A stretch of DNA of 64,000 nt from Oscillospiraceae bacterium (GTDB lineage: Bacteria > Bacillota > Clostridia > Oscillospirales > Ruminococcaceae). A model generated the notes under the pieces. That model saw only the letters and a list, made by a program, of their open reading frames with translations, was not told where the DNA came from and did not search any database. Made by a program: the position numbers and the translations under genes. Positions within the stretch are counted from its first letter, which is position 1. Every line of letters starts with the position of its first letter. This document shows, one piece after another, positions 10,301 through 18,930 of the stretch. The stretch covers positions 928 through 64,927 of the forward strand of contig CAAGBQ010000055.1 of assembly GCA_900768105.1 (NCBI GenBank), in the 5' to 3' direction.

Positions 10301-10719
10301 AGTTGAACGCTTCTGAAACCCCATACAGAAGCTATTATGGTTATTCGGAATGGGTTCAGGCAGAAAAATACCCTGTTCTCGACGGTACCGCGCCCGCTGC
10401 TGAAGCAAAAATTGCCGCAATCGGCACAGTTACCAGGGAAAGCGGTGACGCAATAAGAGCCGCAAGAAACGCATACGATGCCCTTTCCAAGGAGCAAAAA
10501 AAACTTGTTTCCAAAGAAGCTTACAATACTCTTGTAAAGGCGGAGGCCGATTATGCAAGACTTATGCGCATAAATGAGGACAGCAAGCCTATTCATATCA
10601 GCGCAAAAGGCGAAAGCAAGGGAGAGCAGAACCCAAATACCGGCGCATCGGCTTTGAGCATTGCTCCCGCAATGCTCGTGCTCGCGGTGGCGGCGCCCGT
10701 GCTCAAAAAACGCGGCTGA
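7378..10719 (+). CDS. Large cell-wall-anchored surface protein with Ig-like segments, GLUG-type Gly-rich repeats and a C-terminal sorting signal
   Basis: GAGGAGGA RBS then ATG at 7378. Signal peptide MKKFLSLLLAAIMMLSVLPISAFA. Repeated VGGFVG/GGIVGSG/VGGIIGE/VGGIIGY motifs. The C-terminus is NPNTG + hydrophobic stretch + KKRG. Confidence 0.8.
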   Translation: MKKFLSLLLAAIMMLSVLPISAFADMQGIDFAPIGARGEPAQEQPAEHEQISEAPEQREESGEEIEESVFLAAPAANGSAPAPSAENGFVEEIYFPVSAKRSLGNDLERIQGFTFDKNVTSYDSVVLPDIAGTLGQASVYIGITVPESYVAGTEELYYQLYFDGVASGKLTKIKTAMTRVVSLFPMKQVEVGKWRTLTVQVGILDSTKKNYKFFDAYEFHLTRQASIKTLAISSAGKSLTINPAPDFTNEPYVRDYYIVTSESSIDLNITPSTGAKIYLGESEIEGKKNVNIDLEPYRTGENSAKLPVTIRHDSGVVKSETTYNIYVSDKDYTPVITEQPKNTVVEKTDKIPLAVEATIEDGGSLSYQWYLVSSNGLAKKIEGATEAKYFPSTEYAGKSKYYCVVTNTMEGVPYMDTSETAEYEVKLTYLTAPKSYIRSNNGYSFYENGRPWLVVGVADKSSDNSDNDTFEGHDIYKEIKVAIYRTDKDESTGGELVAEIGFPKAEEVNYRMYHKMLSPQSVKGTWYYYAVITFSKEGFEDATGTSEPIAITFSEIGGLITGLEGSGSAADPFLVHNQQELEYVKSMVEGKNGTAYDFAGQTIAFANDISLSVDWQPIGGLREGASEKDRGFGLLPFAGIIDGHGYTLTIADNGKCLLKYVRNATVKNLNIKGSHIRSNGLVEKYIVDYGADAKYDGQVSEKTATIDIENVTIKSGTKILMSGFISGYASGANTVNITNCVVEKGVVIGDDGTWGEVDDDEFEYEYVGNLNHKDCIGSFAGSFNGTVKNSVSYATVYGRNHVGGFVGMKGQSMGSCDFVNNAFFGKVIASGDGAGGIVGSGYGGASGTPMVQIHNCYVDAEIVGNDRVGGIIGEEGGHKDNVDEGDVYGVRGVVSVSETHFYGKVSAKGSYVGGIIGYFNDFTKKTGEASNFFIDTCGTDKAIGGVADGNEVVGEELYGMAFSKKEFEDGTINAKLNASETPYRSYYGYSEWVQAEKYPVLDGTAPAAEAKIAAIGTVTRESGDAIRAARNAYDALSKEQKKLVSKEAYNTLVKAEADYARLMRINEDSKPIHISAKGESKGEQNPNTGASALSIAPAMLVLAVAAPVLKKRG

Positions 10720-10770
10720 TTAAATCAGAGTATAACTTCTTCTTTCATTTTTTGTATTGCAAACAGCGGC

Positions 10771-10816
10771 AAAATCCCTTTCGCACCGGTTAGGTGTGAA
10801 AGGGATTTTGTTTTTT
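10771..10816. terminator. Hairpin terminator shared by convergent genes
   Basis: aaaatccctttc...gaaagggatttt followed by T7. It overlaps the last codons of the minus-strand gene. Confidence 0.6.
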
Positions 10817-11914
10817 GCATCTGCAAAAAAGCTTGCGCAGCAGCGGTTCGCTTTCACTTTTCGGCGGTACGAGGGAAAGAAGAAAAAGTGCCGCCATGCA
10901 AAGAAGGCTTACCGCAACGGGCGCAGAGGCGGAGAGAACGGCGTTTATATTTCCTCCGCGTGCGGAAAAGGCAGCGGCGCTTTCGCCGGAAAACGCAAAA
11001 AATATTTTGAGAAGTATTGCGGAAATTGCTGCGGCGACCGGCCGTGAAAGCAAAAACGGGATAAGCGAAATGCGGCTTTCCTCCGTTACGGCGGCCACTT
11101 GCAGCATAACCGAAACGCCGGAGAAAGCGGAAATTACTCCCGCCGCAATAATTGCGGCCGTGCCGCCGATTGCGCCGCAGGCGGCACAGCCCGCAGTTAC
11201 CTCAAAAAAGCCCGCAAAAAGCGCTTTATAAAGCGGAGAATTGCAGATGTGGGTGAAAAAATAGCCCTGTTCGCAAACGCCGAGCACGCCGCAGGCAATC
11301 ACAATAAATGCGCACATCCGGAAGCAGCTTTCTGCCGCAGATATTACGGATTCTATTATACAGGCGGCGGTGCTGCCGCCGGCGGCGCTTTTTTGTGCAG
11401 AGGGCGGCGCTTTTTTCGCAAAAAAGGCGCCCGCAGCGGCGATTATTATTGCGGAAGCGGCCTGCGCTAAAAGAAGAGATATTCCCGCTTTTGCGCTGCC
11501 GAGCATTGCACCGCCCACCGCCGCAATAAGGAACGGCGGACCGGGGTTTACGCAAAAGGTGAGCATCCGCGAAGCGCTTTTTTGCGAAAGACAACCGGTC
11601 GTTACGGCGTCGTTTATGCACTTTGCCGCGGCGGGATAGCCGCCGATTGCCGCCGCAAGCAAAATACCTCCTGCGCTTTCCGGAATCTTCAACAGCTTTG
11701 TAACCGGTCGCAGCGCCGAGGAAAGAAAATCTGCGGCGGCGCTTTTGCAAATAAAAATCGAAAGCGCCATAAAGGGGAAAAGTGATGGAATAACCGCTCC
11801 GGAACAGAGCGAAAGCCCACGGCGGATTCCGTCGGAAAGATTACCGCTGTCAAAAAGCAAAATTATACCGAGTCCGCCGGCACAAATGGCGGTAAAAAGG
11901 TTCTTTTTGTTCAA
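10790..11914 (-). CDS. Polytopic membrane protein, YlbJ-like (sporulation integral membrane protein / nucleoside-recognition Gate-domain family)
   Basis: About 10 hydrophobic segments. The N-terminal DGIRRGLSLCSGAVIPSLFPFMALS resembles YlbJ. Assigned from memory only. Confidence 0.55.
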   Translation of the reverse strand: MNKKNLFTAICAGGLGIILLFDSGNLSDGIRRGLSLCSGAVIPSLFPFMALSIFICKSAAADFLSSALRPVTKLLKIPESAGGILLAAAIGGYPAAAKCINDAVTTGCLSQKSASRMLTFCVNPGPPFLIAAVGGAMLGSAKAGISLLLAQAASAIIIAAAGAFFAKKAPPSAQKSAAGGSTAACIIESVISAAESCFRMCAFIVIACGVLGVCEQGYFFTHICNSPLYKALFAGFFEVTAGCAACGAIGGTAAIIAAGVISAFSGVSVMLQVAAVTEESRISLIPFLLSRPVAAAISAILLKIFFAFSGESAAAFSARGGNINAVLSASAPVAVSLLCMAALFLLSLVPPKSESEPLLRKLFCRCKKQNPFHT

Positions 11915-12018
11915 AAAATCCCGCTTTCATAAACGAATTTTTGCACAGCTTGATAGGAAAACTGTAATATGATAAAATATATGAAAAAGCTTTCGTTTAT
12001 AGAAAGGGGATTTTTTCT

Positions 12019-12969
12019 TTGAAAAGGATAATTGCCGCAGTTTTGGCGCTGCTTATATTGCTTTCCGCCTGCGGAAAGCAGACCATAGGAACGGATTATG
12101 ATTTTTCTCCGATAATTGAGAAAACGATAAAGCAGGTTGCGGATATTGCGCCAAGCCCCACGCATGACAGCATTTACGGAGAATGGTCTGTAATAAATGC
12201 AGCGAGAAGCAAGGCGAATATCCCGCAAAGTTGGTTTGACGAATATTATAGCAATCTTTGCACGGCGGTGAAGGAATCGAACGGAGTATTGAGCACAACG
12301 AAAAATACGGAGTATTCGCGGGCGATAATCGCTCTTTCCGCAATCGGAAAAAATCCGGCGGATACGGCAGGTCACAACCTCTTTTCACATTATATGACTA
12401 TGGAGGAAATATCGAAGCAGGGAATTTCCGGAGTGATTTTTGCGCTTATCGCCCTTGACTGTATGGATTATCCGTTGCCGCAAGGTTCGGAGGTGACCCG
12501 CGAAGCGCTGGTAAACTATATTCTTGAAAATGAGTGCGAAGGCGGCGGCTGGGCAATAATCGGAGATTCCGCAGATGTTGATGTTACTGCGCAGACATTG
12601 CAGGCTCTTGCACCGCACACGGATGACGAAAGAGCTGCCGCCGCCGCAAACCGCGCAGTGGAGCTGCTTTCCTCCCTGCAAAATGACGAAGGCGGTTTTT
12701 ATGCGTGGCAAGGAATAAATTCACAAACCACGGCGCAGGTGATAATTGCACTTACATCCTTGGGCATAAATCCACGAACGGACGAACGCTTTATTAAAAA
12801 GGATGGTTGGACCGGTTCGTTCCTGATGAAATATTACCTCGGCAACGGAAGCTTTTGCCACACCATAGGTAACGGAGCGGACGCTATGGCAACCGACCAA
12901 TGCGTGCAGTCGCTGATTTCCATAAAGTTGCTTGACGACGGCGAAGGGACCTTCTATAATTTTAGATAA
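12019..12969 (+). CDS. Lipoprotein with prenyltransferase/terpene-cyclase-like alpha-alpha toroid repeats
   Basis: Lipobox LLSAC after a TTG start with an AAGGGGA RBS. Repeats of the EGGGWA / DEGGFYAW type. Confidence 0.6.
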   Translation: MKRIIAAVLALLILLSACGKQTIGTDYDFSPIIEKTIKQVADIAPSPTHDSIYGEWSVINAARSKANIPQSWFDEYYSNLCTAVKESNGVLSTTKNTEYSRAIIALSAIGKNPADTAGHNLFSHYMTMEEISKQGISGVIFALIALDCMDYPLPQGSEVTREALVNYILENECEGGGWAIIGDSADVDVTAQTLQALAPHTDDERAAAAANRAVELLSSLQNDEGGFYAWQGINSQTTAQVIIALTSLGINPRTDERFIKKDGWTGSFLMKYYLGNGSFCHTIGNGADAMATDQCVQSLISIKLLDDGEGTFYNFR

Positions 12970-12972
12970 AGC

Positions 12973-12998
12973 AAAAAAGGGAGCCAAGCTCCCTTTTT
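12973..12998. terminator. Bidirectional terminator
   Basis: A6-gggagc-caa-gctccc-T5. Confidence 0.6.
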
Positions 12999-13009
12999 GC
13001 GATATGCGT

Positions 13010-13594
13010 TTATTTTTTCTTTGGATTTTTCGGACGCTTTTTCCGCACGGTATAACCCATTTGACCAAGCTTTTTTCCCTGTGCAAAATATTCGCCGTGG
13101 GAATAGAACATAACTCCCGCTTTGCGAAGGTCAAGCTTTCCCTTTTCATCAATATATTTTTCGTCCACATCAACGGCGACTATTTCCGCAATAAACATAT
13201 CGTGACTGCCAAGGCGCTTTATTTCCTTTACTTTGCACTCAAGAGAAATCGGGCTTTGGTCGATAAGCGGCGCTTTTACCGCGGAAGCTTCTATGGCGGT
13301 AAGCTTCATTTCCGCAAATTTGTCCGTATCCTTGCCGGAACGCACCCCGCAAAAATCGGCTGCGCGGGTAAGCTCCGCGGTGGTTATATTTATTACAAAC
13401 TCTTTGCTTCCTTCAATCAAATGATGGCTGAATCTTTCCGGACGGATTGAAACATAGGTCATGGGCGGAACGGAATTGATTATGCCGGTCCACGCAACGG
13501 TAAGCACATTCGGCTGCTCAACGGTGCCGCAGGTTACAAGTGCGGCAGGAGCGGGAGCGAGAAGCGTGCCGGGTTTCCAAATTTGTTTTGACAT
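13010..13594 (-). CDS. Flavin reductase-like FMN-binding split-barrel protein
   Basis: MSKQIWKPGTLLAPAPAALVTCG...NVLTVAWTG is typical of the family. GGAGGA RBS before the ATG at 13594. The 350-aa track ORF is an unsupported N-terminal extension that runs into the HAD gene on the other strand. Confidence 0.8.
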   Translation of the reverse strand: MSKQIWKPGTLLAPAPAALVTCGTVEQPNVLTVAWTGIINSVPPMTYVSIRPERFSHHLIEGSKEFVINITTAELTRAADFCGVRSGKDTDKFAEMKLTAIEASAVKAPLIDQSPISLECKVKEIKRLGSHDMFIAEIVAVDVDEKYIDEKGKLDLRKAGVMFYSHGEYFAQGKKLGQMGYTVRKKRPKNPKKK

Positions 13595-13690
13595 AATATC
13601 CTCCAAAAAATTTGTTGTAAAACTGATTATAGCATTATTCTGCCGCCGCCGCAAGAGAGCGATGGCGCAGCGGCGGTAAAGGAGCAAAAA

Positions 13691-14377
13691 ATGATAGAAT
13701 ATATTTTTATCGACCTTGACGAAACCTTGCTTGATTTCAAAAGAGCGGAAAGAGAAGCCGTAGCAATGGCGCTTAAACATTTTGGAATTGAGCCGGAGGA
13801 AAACACGCTTGCGCTTTACAGCAGGCTTAACCTTGCCCAGTGGAAGCTGCTGGAGCAGCAAAAGCTTACTTTGCCGGAAGTAAAGCAGCGTCGGTTTGAG
13901 CTGCTTTTTGAAGAATTGGGCAGCACAGCTTCGCCGAATGCCGCCGCAGAATATTATGAAGAATGTCTTGCAGAAAGCGCCTATCCGCTTTCCGGAGCGG
14001 AGGAAGCACTTGAAAAGCTTTGCGGTGGCTATCGTCTGTTTTTGGCTTCTAACGGAACACAAAAGGTTCAGGAACGCAGGCTGCTAAAAACAGGCTTCGG
14101 AAAATACTTCGAAAAAGCTTTCGTTTCAGAAGAAATAGGATTTTTTAAACCGGATAGACGATATTTCGATACCTGCTTTAAGCAGATAAGCGGTTTTGAC
14201 AAATCAAAAGCGGTAATGGTCGGCGACAGTATTTCCTCGGATATATCCGGAGGTGAAAATGCAGGAATAAGAACAGTGTGGTTGAATCGCTTCGAAATAA
14301 AAAACGAAAGCGAAATCAAGCCCGACTATGAAATTTCCGATATTTCGGAGCTGCCGGAGCTTATAAAAAATATTTAA
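13691..14377 (+). CDS. HAD-IA family hydrolase (YjjG-like nucleotidase type)
   Basis: Motif I FIDLDETLLDF, motif III/IV ...MVGDSISSDISGG. Confidence 0.85.
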   Translation: MIEYIFIDLDETLLDFKRAEREAVAMALKHFGIEPEENTLALYSRLNLAQWKLLEQQKLTLPEVKQRRFELLFEELGSTASPNAAAEYYEECLAESAYPLSGAEEALEKLCGGYRLFLASNGTQKVQERRLLKTGFGKYFEKAFVSEEIGFFKPDRRYFDTCFKQISGFDKSKAVMVGDSISSDISGGENAGIRTVWLNRFEIKNESEIKPDYEISDISELPELIKNI

Positions 14378-14384
14378 ATCTGCG

Positions 14385-14413
14385 CAGCGGCAATCTTGCC
14401 GCTGTATTTTTTT
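14385..14413 (+). terminator. Intrinsic terminator
   Basis: cagcggca-atct-tgccgctg followed by a T-run. Confidence 0.6.
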
Positions 14414-14438
14414 ATTTTTCCTGGGGAAACTATTTCGG

Positions 14439-14855
14439 GTGAAGAAAATGAACGATTACAAAAAAGACGGAATAGTTTTTGCGGCGGGCGCCGCCGGATA
14501 TACCCTGCTTGAAATGCTGTGGCGCGGCCACAGCCATTGGAGCATGGCGGCGGCGGGCGGGCTTTCGCTTTTGTTGCTTTCAAAGGTGTTCCATAAGCTT
14601 GCCGCCGCGCCGATTTATTTTAAATCCATAATCGGCGGCGGAATAATAACCGTTATTGAATTTTGCTTCGGTGCGGTGTTTAATCTCGGCCTTGGTATGC
14701 ATGTTTGGGATTATTCCGGAGTAAAGGGCAATATTCTTGGGCAGATTTGTCCGGTTTATACGGTGCTCTGGTGTCTTATCTGTGCGCCGGTATCTTATTT
14801 TCAGCAAAAAATCGAAGAGGGCAAAATAAAATTTTCCAAAAAGGCGCTCCCGTAA
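14439..14855 (+). CDS. Small polytopic membrane protein (putative ABC-transporter type IV / CmpB-like family)
   Basis: Four hydrophobic segments and motifs YTLLEMLWRGHSHWSM and VWDYS. The start is ambiguous (GTG 14439 or ATG 14448). Confidence 0.55.
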   Translation: MKKMNDYKKDGIVFAAGAAGYTLLEMLWRGHSHWSMAAAGGLSLLLLSKVFHKLAAAPIYFKSIIGGGIITVIEFCFGAVFNLGLGMHVWDYSGVKGNILGQICPVYTVLWCLICAPVSYFQQKIEEGKIKFSKKALP

Positions 14856-14904
14856 AAATGAATATGAGCCGCCTTTGGTGGAAGAATAGTATCGAGGTGA
14901 GTCT

Positions 14905-15111
14905 ATGGATAAGAACGGAAAAGAGCTTCCCGCAGGGTTTGGAATGGCGCTTGCGCAGGACCCTAATGCAATGCGCTACTTCGCGTCGCTGTCGCCCATG
15001 CAGCAGGAGCGTGTTATCACGCAGATACACACCATTGGCTCGAAGCAGGAAATGCGCCATTTTGTCGCATCAATGCGGAATGCGGATTCCGGGCGGATTG
15101 AAACGCTTTGA
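14905..15111 (+). CDS. Hypothetical 68-aa protein
   Basis: The only ORF in this gap, with coding-like composition. No recognisable motif. Confidence 0.4.
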   Translation: MDKNGKELPAGFGMALAQDPNAMRYFASLSPMQQERVITQIHTIGSKQEMRHFVASMRNADSGRIETL

Positions 15112-15215
15112 AATACGCCGCTCTTTCGGCAAAGCGGAACGGTGCTTTGCCGTGGGTACATATCACCCCTTTACCGTGCTCGGAATAAAATGGAGTATCA
15201 GAAAGGGGGATACAT

Positions 15216-16289
15216 ATGCCAAAAGAAAGTCCTTGTTTTTTTCTTGGGTCAAACAGCCCAAAGGGATTTTATTCAAAATTTGACCAGCTTTTTAACTACA
15301 AAGAAGGCTGCCGCAGCGTGTTGATAAAAGGAGGCCCAGGAACGGGAAAATCCACCGTGCTCAAAAAAACAGCCTCGGTGCTCAAGGATAAGGGCGCGAG
15401 CACGGAGCTTATATATTGTACGGCGGATACGGATTCTCTTGACGCGATTATTACGGAGGACGGTGCCTTTTCCATGCTTGATGCCACGCTTCCGCACGCG
15501 GCGGAGCCGAAATATCCCGGCGCTTATGAAGAAATCCTTGATTTTTCGGATTGCTGGGATAAATCTGTGCTTAAAAATAATGCAGAAAAAATAATGGCGC
15601 TTTTCGATGCTAACCGTGAACTGCATGCAAAGGCGCGCAAATATATTTCTTCCGCTGCGGAGCTTTTGGAAGAGGCGGCGCGCCTTTCTATGGAAACGCT
15701 TCTGCCGGAAAAGATAACCCGCACGGCAAACAGAATATGCGCAAGGGAATTCGGTAAAAAGCGCCGCCGCGCCGGAAAGGAAAAACTGCGTTTTTTAAGC
15801 GCCGTTACTGATAAAGGCGTCTTTATGTTCCAAAACACGCCAAAGCTGCTTTGTGATAAAATATATGTGGTAGAGGACGACTGCGGCGCGGCTTCACGGA
15901 TATTTATGAATACGGTTCGGCGGATGGCGTTGGATTATGGATTCGATATAATCACCTGCCGCTGCGGAATTTTTCCCGGCGAAAAAAACGAGCATATATT
16001 TATTCCGGAAATCCGCCTCGGCTTTATGACCTCAAACCGACGCCACCCGATTTTGGCGCAACCGTACCGCGTGATTCACGCAAAGCGCTTTTTGAGCGAA
16101 AAGCAAACCGGCAAAAGCAAGCTGCAAATTCGCTTTTGCCTTCGCACGGCTGCGGAGCTTTTAAGCGAAGCTTCCGCATTTATGAAAGAAGCAAAAGCCA
16201 TCCACGACCGGCTTGAGGAAAAATACATTGCCGCAATGGATTTTGAAAAAGCGGAAAAGAAAGCAGCGGAATTTTTGAGTACGCTGTAA
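15216..16289 (+). CDS. P-loop NTPase of unknown function
   Basis: Walker A GGPGTGKST near residue 40. No other recognisable domain. Confidence 0.65.
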   Translation: MPKESPCFFLGSNSPKGFYSKFDQLFNYKEGCRSVLIKGGPGTGKSTVLKKTASVLKDKGASTELIYCTADTDSLDAIITEDGAFSMLDATLPHAAEPKYPGAYEEILDFSDCWDKSVLKNNAEKIMALFDANRELHAKARKYISSAAELLEEAARLSMETLLPEKITRTANRICAREFGKKRRRAGKEKLRFLSAVTDKGVFMFQNTPKLLCDKIYVVEDDCGAASRIFMNTVRRMALDYGFDIITCRCGIFPGEKNEHIFIPEIRLGFMTSNRRHPILAQPYRVIHAKRFLSEKQTGKSKLQIRFCLRTAAELLSEASAFMKEAKAIHDRLEEKYIAAMDFEKAEKKAAEFLSTL

Positions 16290-16301
16290 AAAATACTTGA
16301 T

Positions 16302-16340
16302 GCGCCCATTCAAATTATTTAAATGGGCGCTGTTTTTTTT
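16302..16340 (+). terminator. Intrinsic terminator
   Basis: gcgcccatt...aatgggcgc followed by T8. Confidence 0.65.
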
Positions 16341-16398
16341 CGCATAAGGATTTTTATTGCGCCAATATTAAAAATATAAATTTTATGCAGAGGGATAT

Positions 16399-18684
16399 AT
16401 GATGTTCAAATTTTCGGGGTTTTCTCAAAGGGCGAATGTCGCAATAAATTATGCAATAGGGCAGGCTTCCGCACTCGGTCATTGTTTTGTGGGAAGCGAG
16501 CATCTGCTTTTTGGAATAATTAAGGAGGGTTCGTGCTTTGAGCTGCACAGCCTGATAAAATGCGGAATAAGCTGTGACGGAATTACAGAAAAACTTCTTT
16601 CCACAGTAGGCAGGGGAATAAAAACCAGCCTTTCGCCTACGGATTTAACTCCGGTTTGCAGGCGCGTGCTTGAAAACGCGATAAACGACCGCCGGCTTTT
16701 TGGCACGGCGGCAGATATAAATAACATTATAGCATCAATTTTAAGGGAGCCGGGCTGTACCGCAGCAAAGTACCTTGCAGCTTTCGGGTGCGATAATGAA
16801 GCGCTTTTTCACGAGGCTTGCTCCGCAGGGCAAAGCTTCGCCGCGGAGCTTTCGCAAAGAGAGCGGCAGCGTGCGCAAAAAACACCGAGCCTTGATAAAT
16901 TCAGCCGCGACCTAACAAAGATTGCAAGAGAAGGAGGAGCGGACCCTGTTATAGGCAGGGATAAAGAGCTTTGCCGTGTTGTCCAAATTCTTTCGCGCAG
17001 GACAAAAAATAACCCTTGCCTTATAGGAGAAGCAGGAGTTGGCAAAACCGCAATTGCGGAAGGCGTTGCGGCTCTTATTGCCGCAGGAAGGGTGCCGGAA
17101 AACATAAAAATGTGCCGGCTTTGCGCGCTCGACCTTTCTGCGATGGTAGCAGGCGCAAAATATCGCGGCGACTTCGAGGAACGCATAAAGTCCGTGTTGG
17201 ATGAGGTAGTCCGATGCGGCAACATAATACTTTTTATTGATGAGGTTCATACCATTGTCGGTACAGGTTCGGCAGAAGGCGCGGTAGATGCTTCAAATAT
17301 ATTAAAGCCGCAGCTTGCCCGCGGAGAGATTCAGGTAATAGGCGCTACAACTACGGAGGAATACCGCCGTTTTATTGAAAAGGATTCCGCGTTGGAACGC
17401 CGCTTTCAAAGCGTTCTTATTGAGGAGCCTGCTCCGGAAGCGGCGGTAGGCATCCTGAAAGGAATACGCGCAAAATATGAGGAGTTTCACCGTGTAAAAA
17501 TCTCCGATGAAGCGGTGGAGGCCGCGGTGCGTCTTTCGGTAAGATATCTTACCGAAAGACGCCTTCCGGATAAAGCAATAGACCTTATGGATGAGGCGTG
17601 CTCAAGAAAGGCGATTGCAAGAACAGAGAAAAAAGCTGATGCTCAAGCGGGCTTTAACGGAATTGTCAGAGCAAAGGATGTGGCCGCGGTACTCAAGCTG
17701 TATACAGGAATTTCCGTAGGGGAGCTTTCTGCCGACGAGGGCAGGCGCCTGATGAAGCTTGAGGAGGAACTGAAAAAAAGAGTTATAGGTCAGGATAGGG
17801 CGGTTACGGCAGTGGCAAAGGCCGTCCGTCGAAATCGCGCGGGGTTGCGCGACCCAAAAAGACCTGTTGGAACATTTTTGTTCACCGGTCCGAGCGGCGT
17901 TGGAAAAACGGAGCTTGCAAAGGCGCTTGCGGAAGCACTTTTTGGCGATGAAAAGGCGCTTTTGCGCTTTGATATGAGCGAATATAATGATAAAGCCGCG
18001 GTAAACAAGCTTATCGGTTCGCCGCCCGGATATATCGGTTATGAGGATGGCGGCAAGCTTACGGAGGCAATTCGTCGACACCCATATTCTGTGGTGCTTT
18101 TCGATGAAATCGAAAAGGCGGATTCGGGAATCTACAATCTTTTTTTGCAGCTTATGGACGACGGCTTTATTACCGATTCCCAAGGACGCAAGGCCAATTT
18201 TCAAAGCAGCGTTGTGATTATGACATCGAATATCGGTGCGGAAGCCGCCTTTGGGAAAGCGGGCATAGGCTTTTATGCAACTGCGGCTCCTTCCGGAAAA
18301 GCGGTTATTTGCGAAATGAAAAAGGTGTTTCGACCGGAATTTATAAATCGCATTGATGAAACGGTGGTTTTTGACCGTCTTGATTTTTCCGCTGCGATAA
18401 AAATTGCAGAGAAATATTACAAGAAATTGTCGGAGAGGGCTGCCGCTTCCGGAATTGATGTGGCTTTTTCCGATGAGGTCATTGTTTCCGCAGCAAAAAA
18501 CGGCTTTGACCCGGAGCAGGGTGCCCGTCCGTTGGAACGCTATATCAGTGAAACGGCAGAGGACCCAATATCAGAAATGATGCTTTCCGGAGAGCTTTGC
18601 TCCGGAGAACGCTTGCTTTGCGATGCGGACGAAAACGGAAAAATGATTTTTAAAAAAGAAGCCGCCGCTTTGCAAAACGCTTGA
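16399..18684 (+). CDS. Clp/Hsp100 AAA+ unfoldase (ClpC/ClpA-like) with Clp_N, D1, D2 and an IGF loop
   Basis: Walker A GEAGVGKTAIAEG (D1) and GPSGVGKTELAKA (D2), sensor/arginine-finger regions, and GIGF as a ClpP-docking loop. The linker between D1 and D2 is short. Confidence 0.9.
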   Translation: MMFKFSGFSQRANVAINYAIGQASALGHCFVGSEHLLFGIIKEGSCFELHSLIKCGISCDGITEKLLSTVGRGIKTSLSPTDLTPVCRRVLENAINDRRLFGTAADINNIIASILREPGCTAAKYLAAFGCDNEALFHEACSAGQSFAAELSQRERQRAQKTPSLDKFSRDLTKIAREGGADPVIGRDKELCRVVQILSRRTKNNPCLIGEAGVGKTAIAEGVAALIAAGRVPENIKMCRLCALDLSAMVAGAKYRGDFEERIKSVLDEVVRCGNIILFIDEVHTIVGTGSAEGAVDASNILKPQLARGEIQVIGATTTEEYRRFIEKDSALERRFQSVLIEEPAPEAAVGILKGIRAKYEEFHRVKISDEAVEAAVRLSVRYLTERRLPDKAIDLMDEACSRKAIARTEKKADAQAGFNGIVRAKDVAAVLKLYTGISVGELSADEGRRLMKLEEELKKRVIGQDRAVTAVAKAVRRNRAGLRDPKRPVGTFLFTGPSGVGKTELAKALAEALFGDEKALLRFDMSEYNDKAAVNKLIGSPPGYIGYEDGGKLTEAIRRHPYSVVLFDEIEKADSGIYNLFLQLMDDGFITDSQGRKANFQSSVVIMTSNIGAEAAFGKAGIGFYATAAPSGKAVICEMKKVFRPEFINRIDETVVFDRLDFSAAIKIAEKYYKKLSERAAASGIDVAFSDEVIVSAAKNGFDPEQGARPLERYISETAEDPISEMMLSGELCSGERLLCDADENGKMIFKKEAAALQNA

Positions 18685-18709
18685 CATTTTCGCTTAAAAG
18701 TAACATAAT
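18681..18709 (+). promoter_or_regulatory. Sigma-A-type promoter for tRNA-Gly
   Basis: TTGACA-17 nt-CATAAT, overlapping the clp stop codon and about 17 nt upstream of the tRNA 5' end. Confidence 0.5.
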
Positions 18710-18726
18710 ATATAGTAACATAAGCC

Positions 18727-18800
18727 GCAGGCATAGTTCATCGGTAGAACGGTCGCTTCCCAAGCCACAAAGGCGGGTTCGATTCCCGTTGCCTGCTCCA
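18727..18800 (+). tRNA. tRNA-Gly (anticodon CCC), CCA encoded
   Basis: Hand-folded cloverleaf. Acceptor gcaggca/tgcctgc, D-arm gttc/gaac, anticodon loop ttCCCaa, T-arm gcggg-ttcgatt-cccgt, discriminator U plus CCA. One C-C mismatch in the anticodon stem. Confidence 0.85.
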
Positions 18801-18806
18801 GAGAAG

Positions 18807-18840
18807 AACCGCTTGATTAAGCTAAAATCAAGCGGTTTTT
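18807..18840 (+). terminator. Intrinsic terminator after the tRNA
   Basis: aaccgcttgatt...aatcaagcggtt followed by T5. Confidence 0.7.
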
Positions 18841-18883
18841 GCTTTTAAGATAACACACCTTTATTTTTACTTTTTAAAACGGC

Positions 18884-18920
18884 GGAAAAGCCCGTCGGAT
18901 CGCTGCGATCCGACGGGCTT
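18884..18920 (-). terminator. Terminator of the XRE-family gene
   Basis: 15-bp perfect stem aagcccgtcggatcg/cgatccgacgggctt with a T-run on the minus strand. Confidence 0.6.
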
Positions 18921-18930
18921 TGTTATTTAT

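Noticed and set aside
13595-14062. N-terminal 156-aa extension of the flavin-reductase ORF in the track (13010..14062)
   Set aside because: The extension overlaps the well-supported HAD hydrolase on the plus strand. It has junk-like composition. A GGAGGA RBS precedes the internal ATG at 13594, where family similarity begins.
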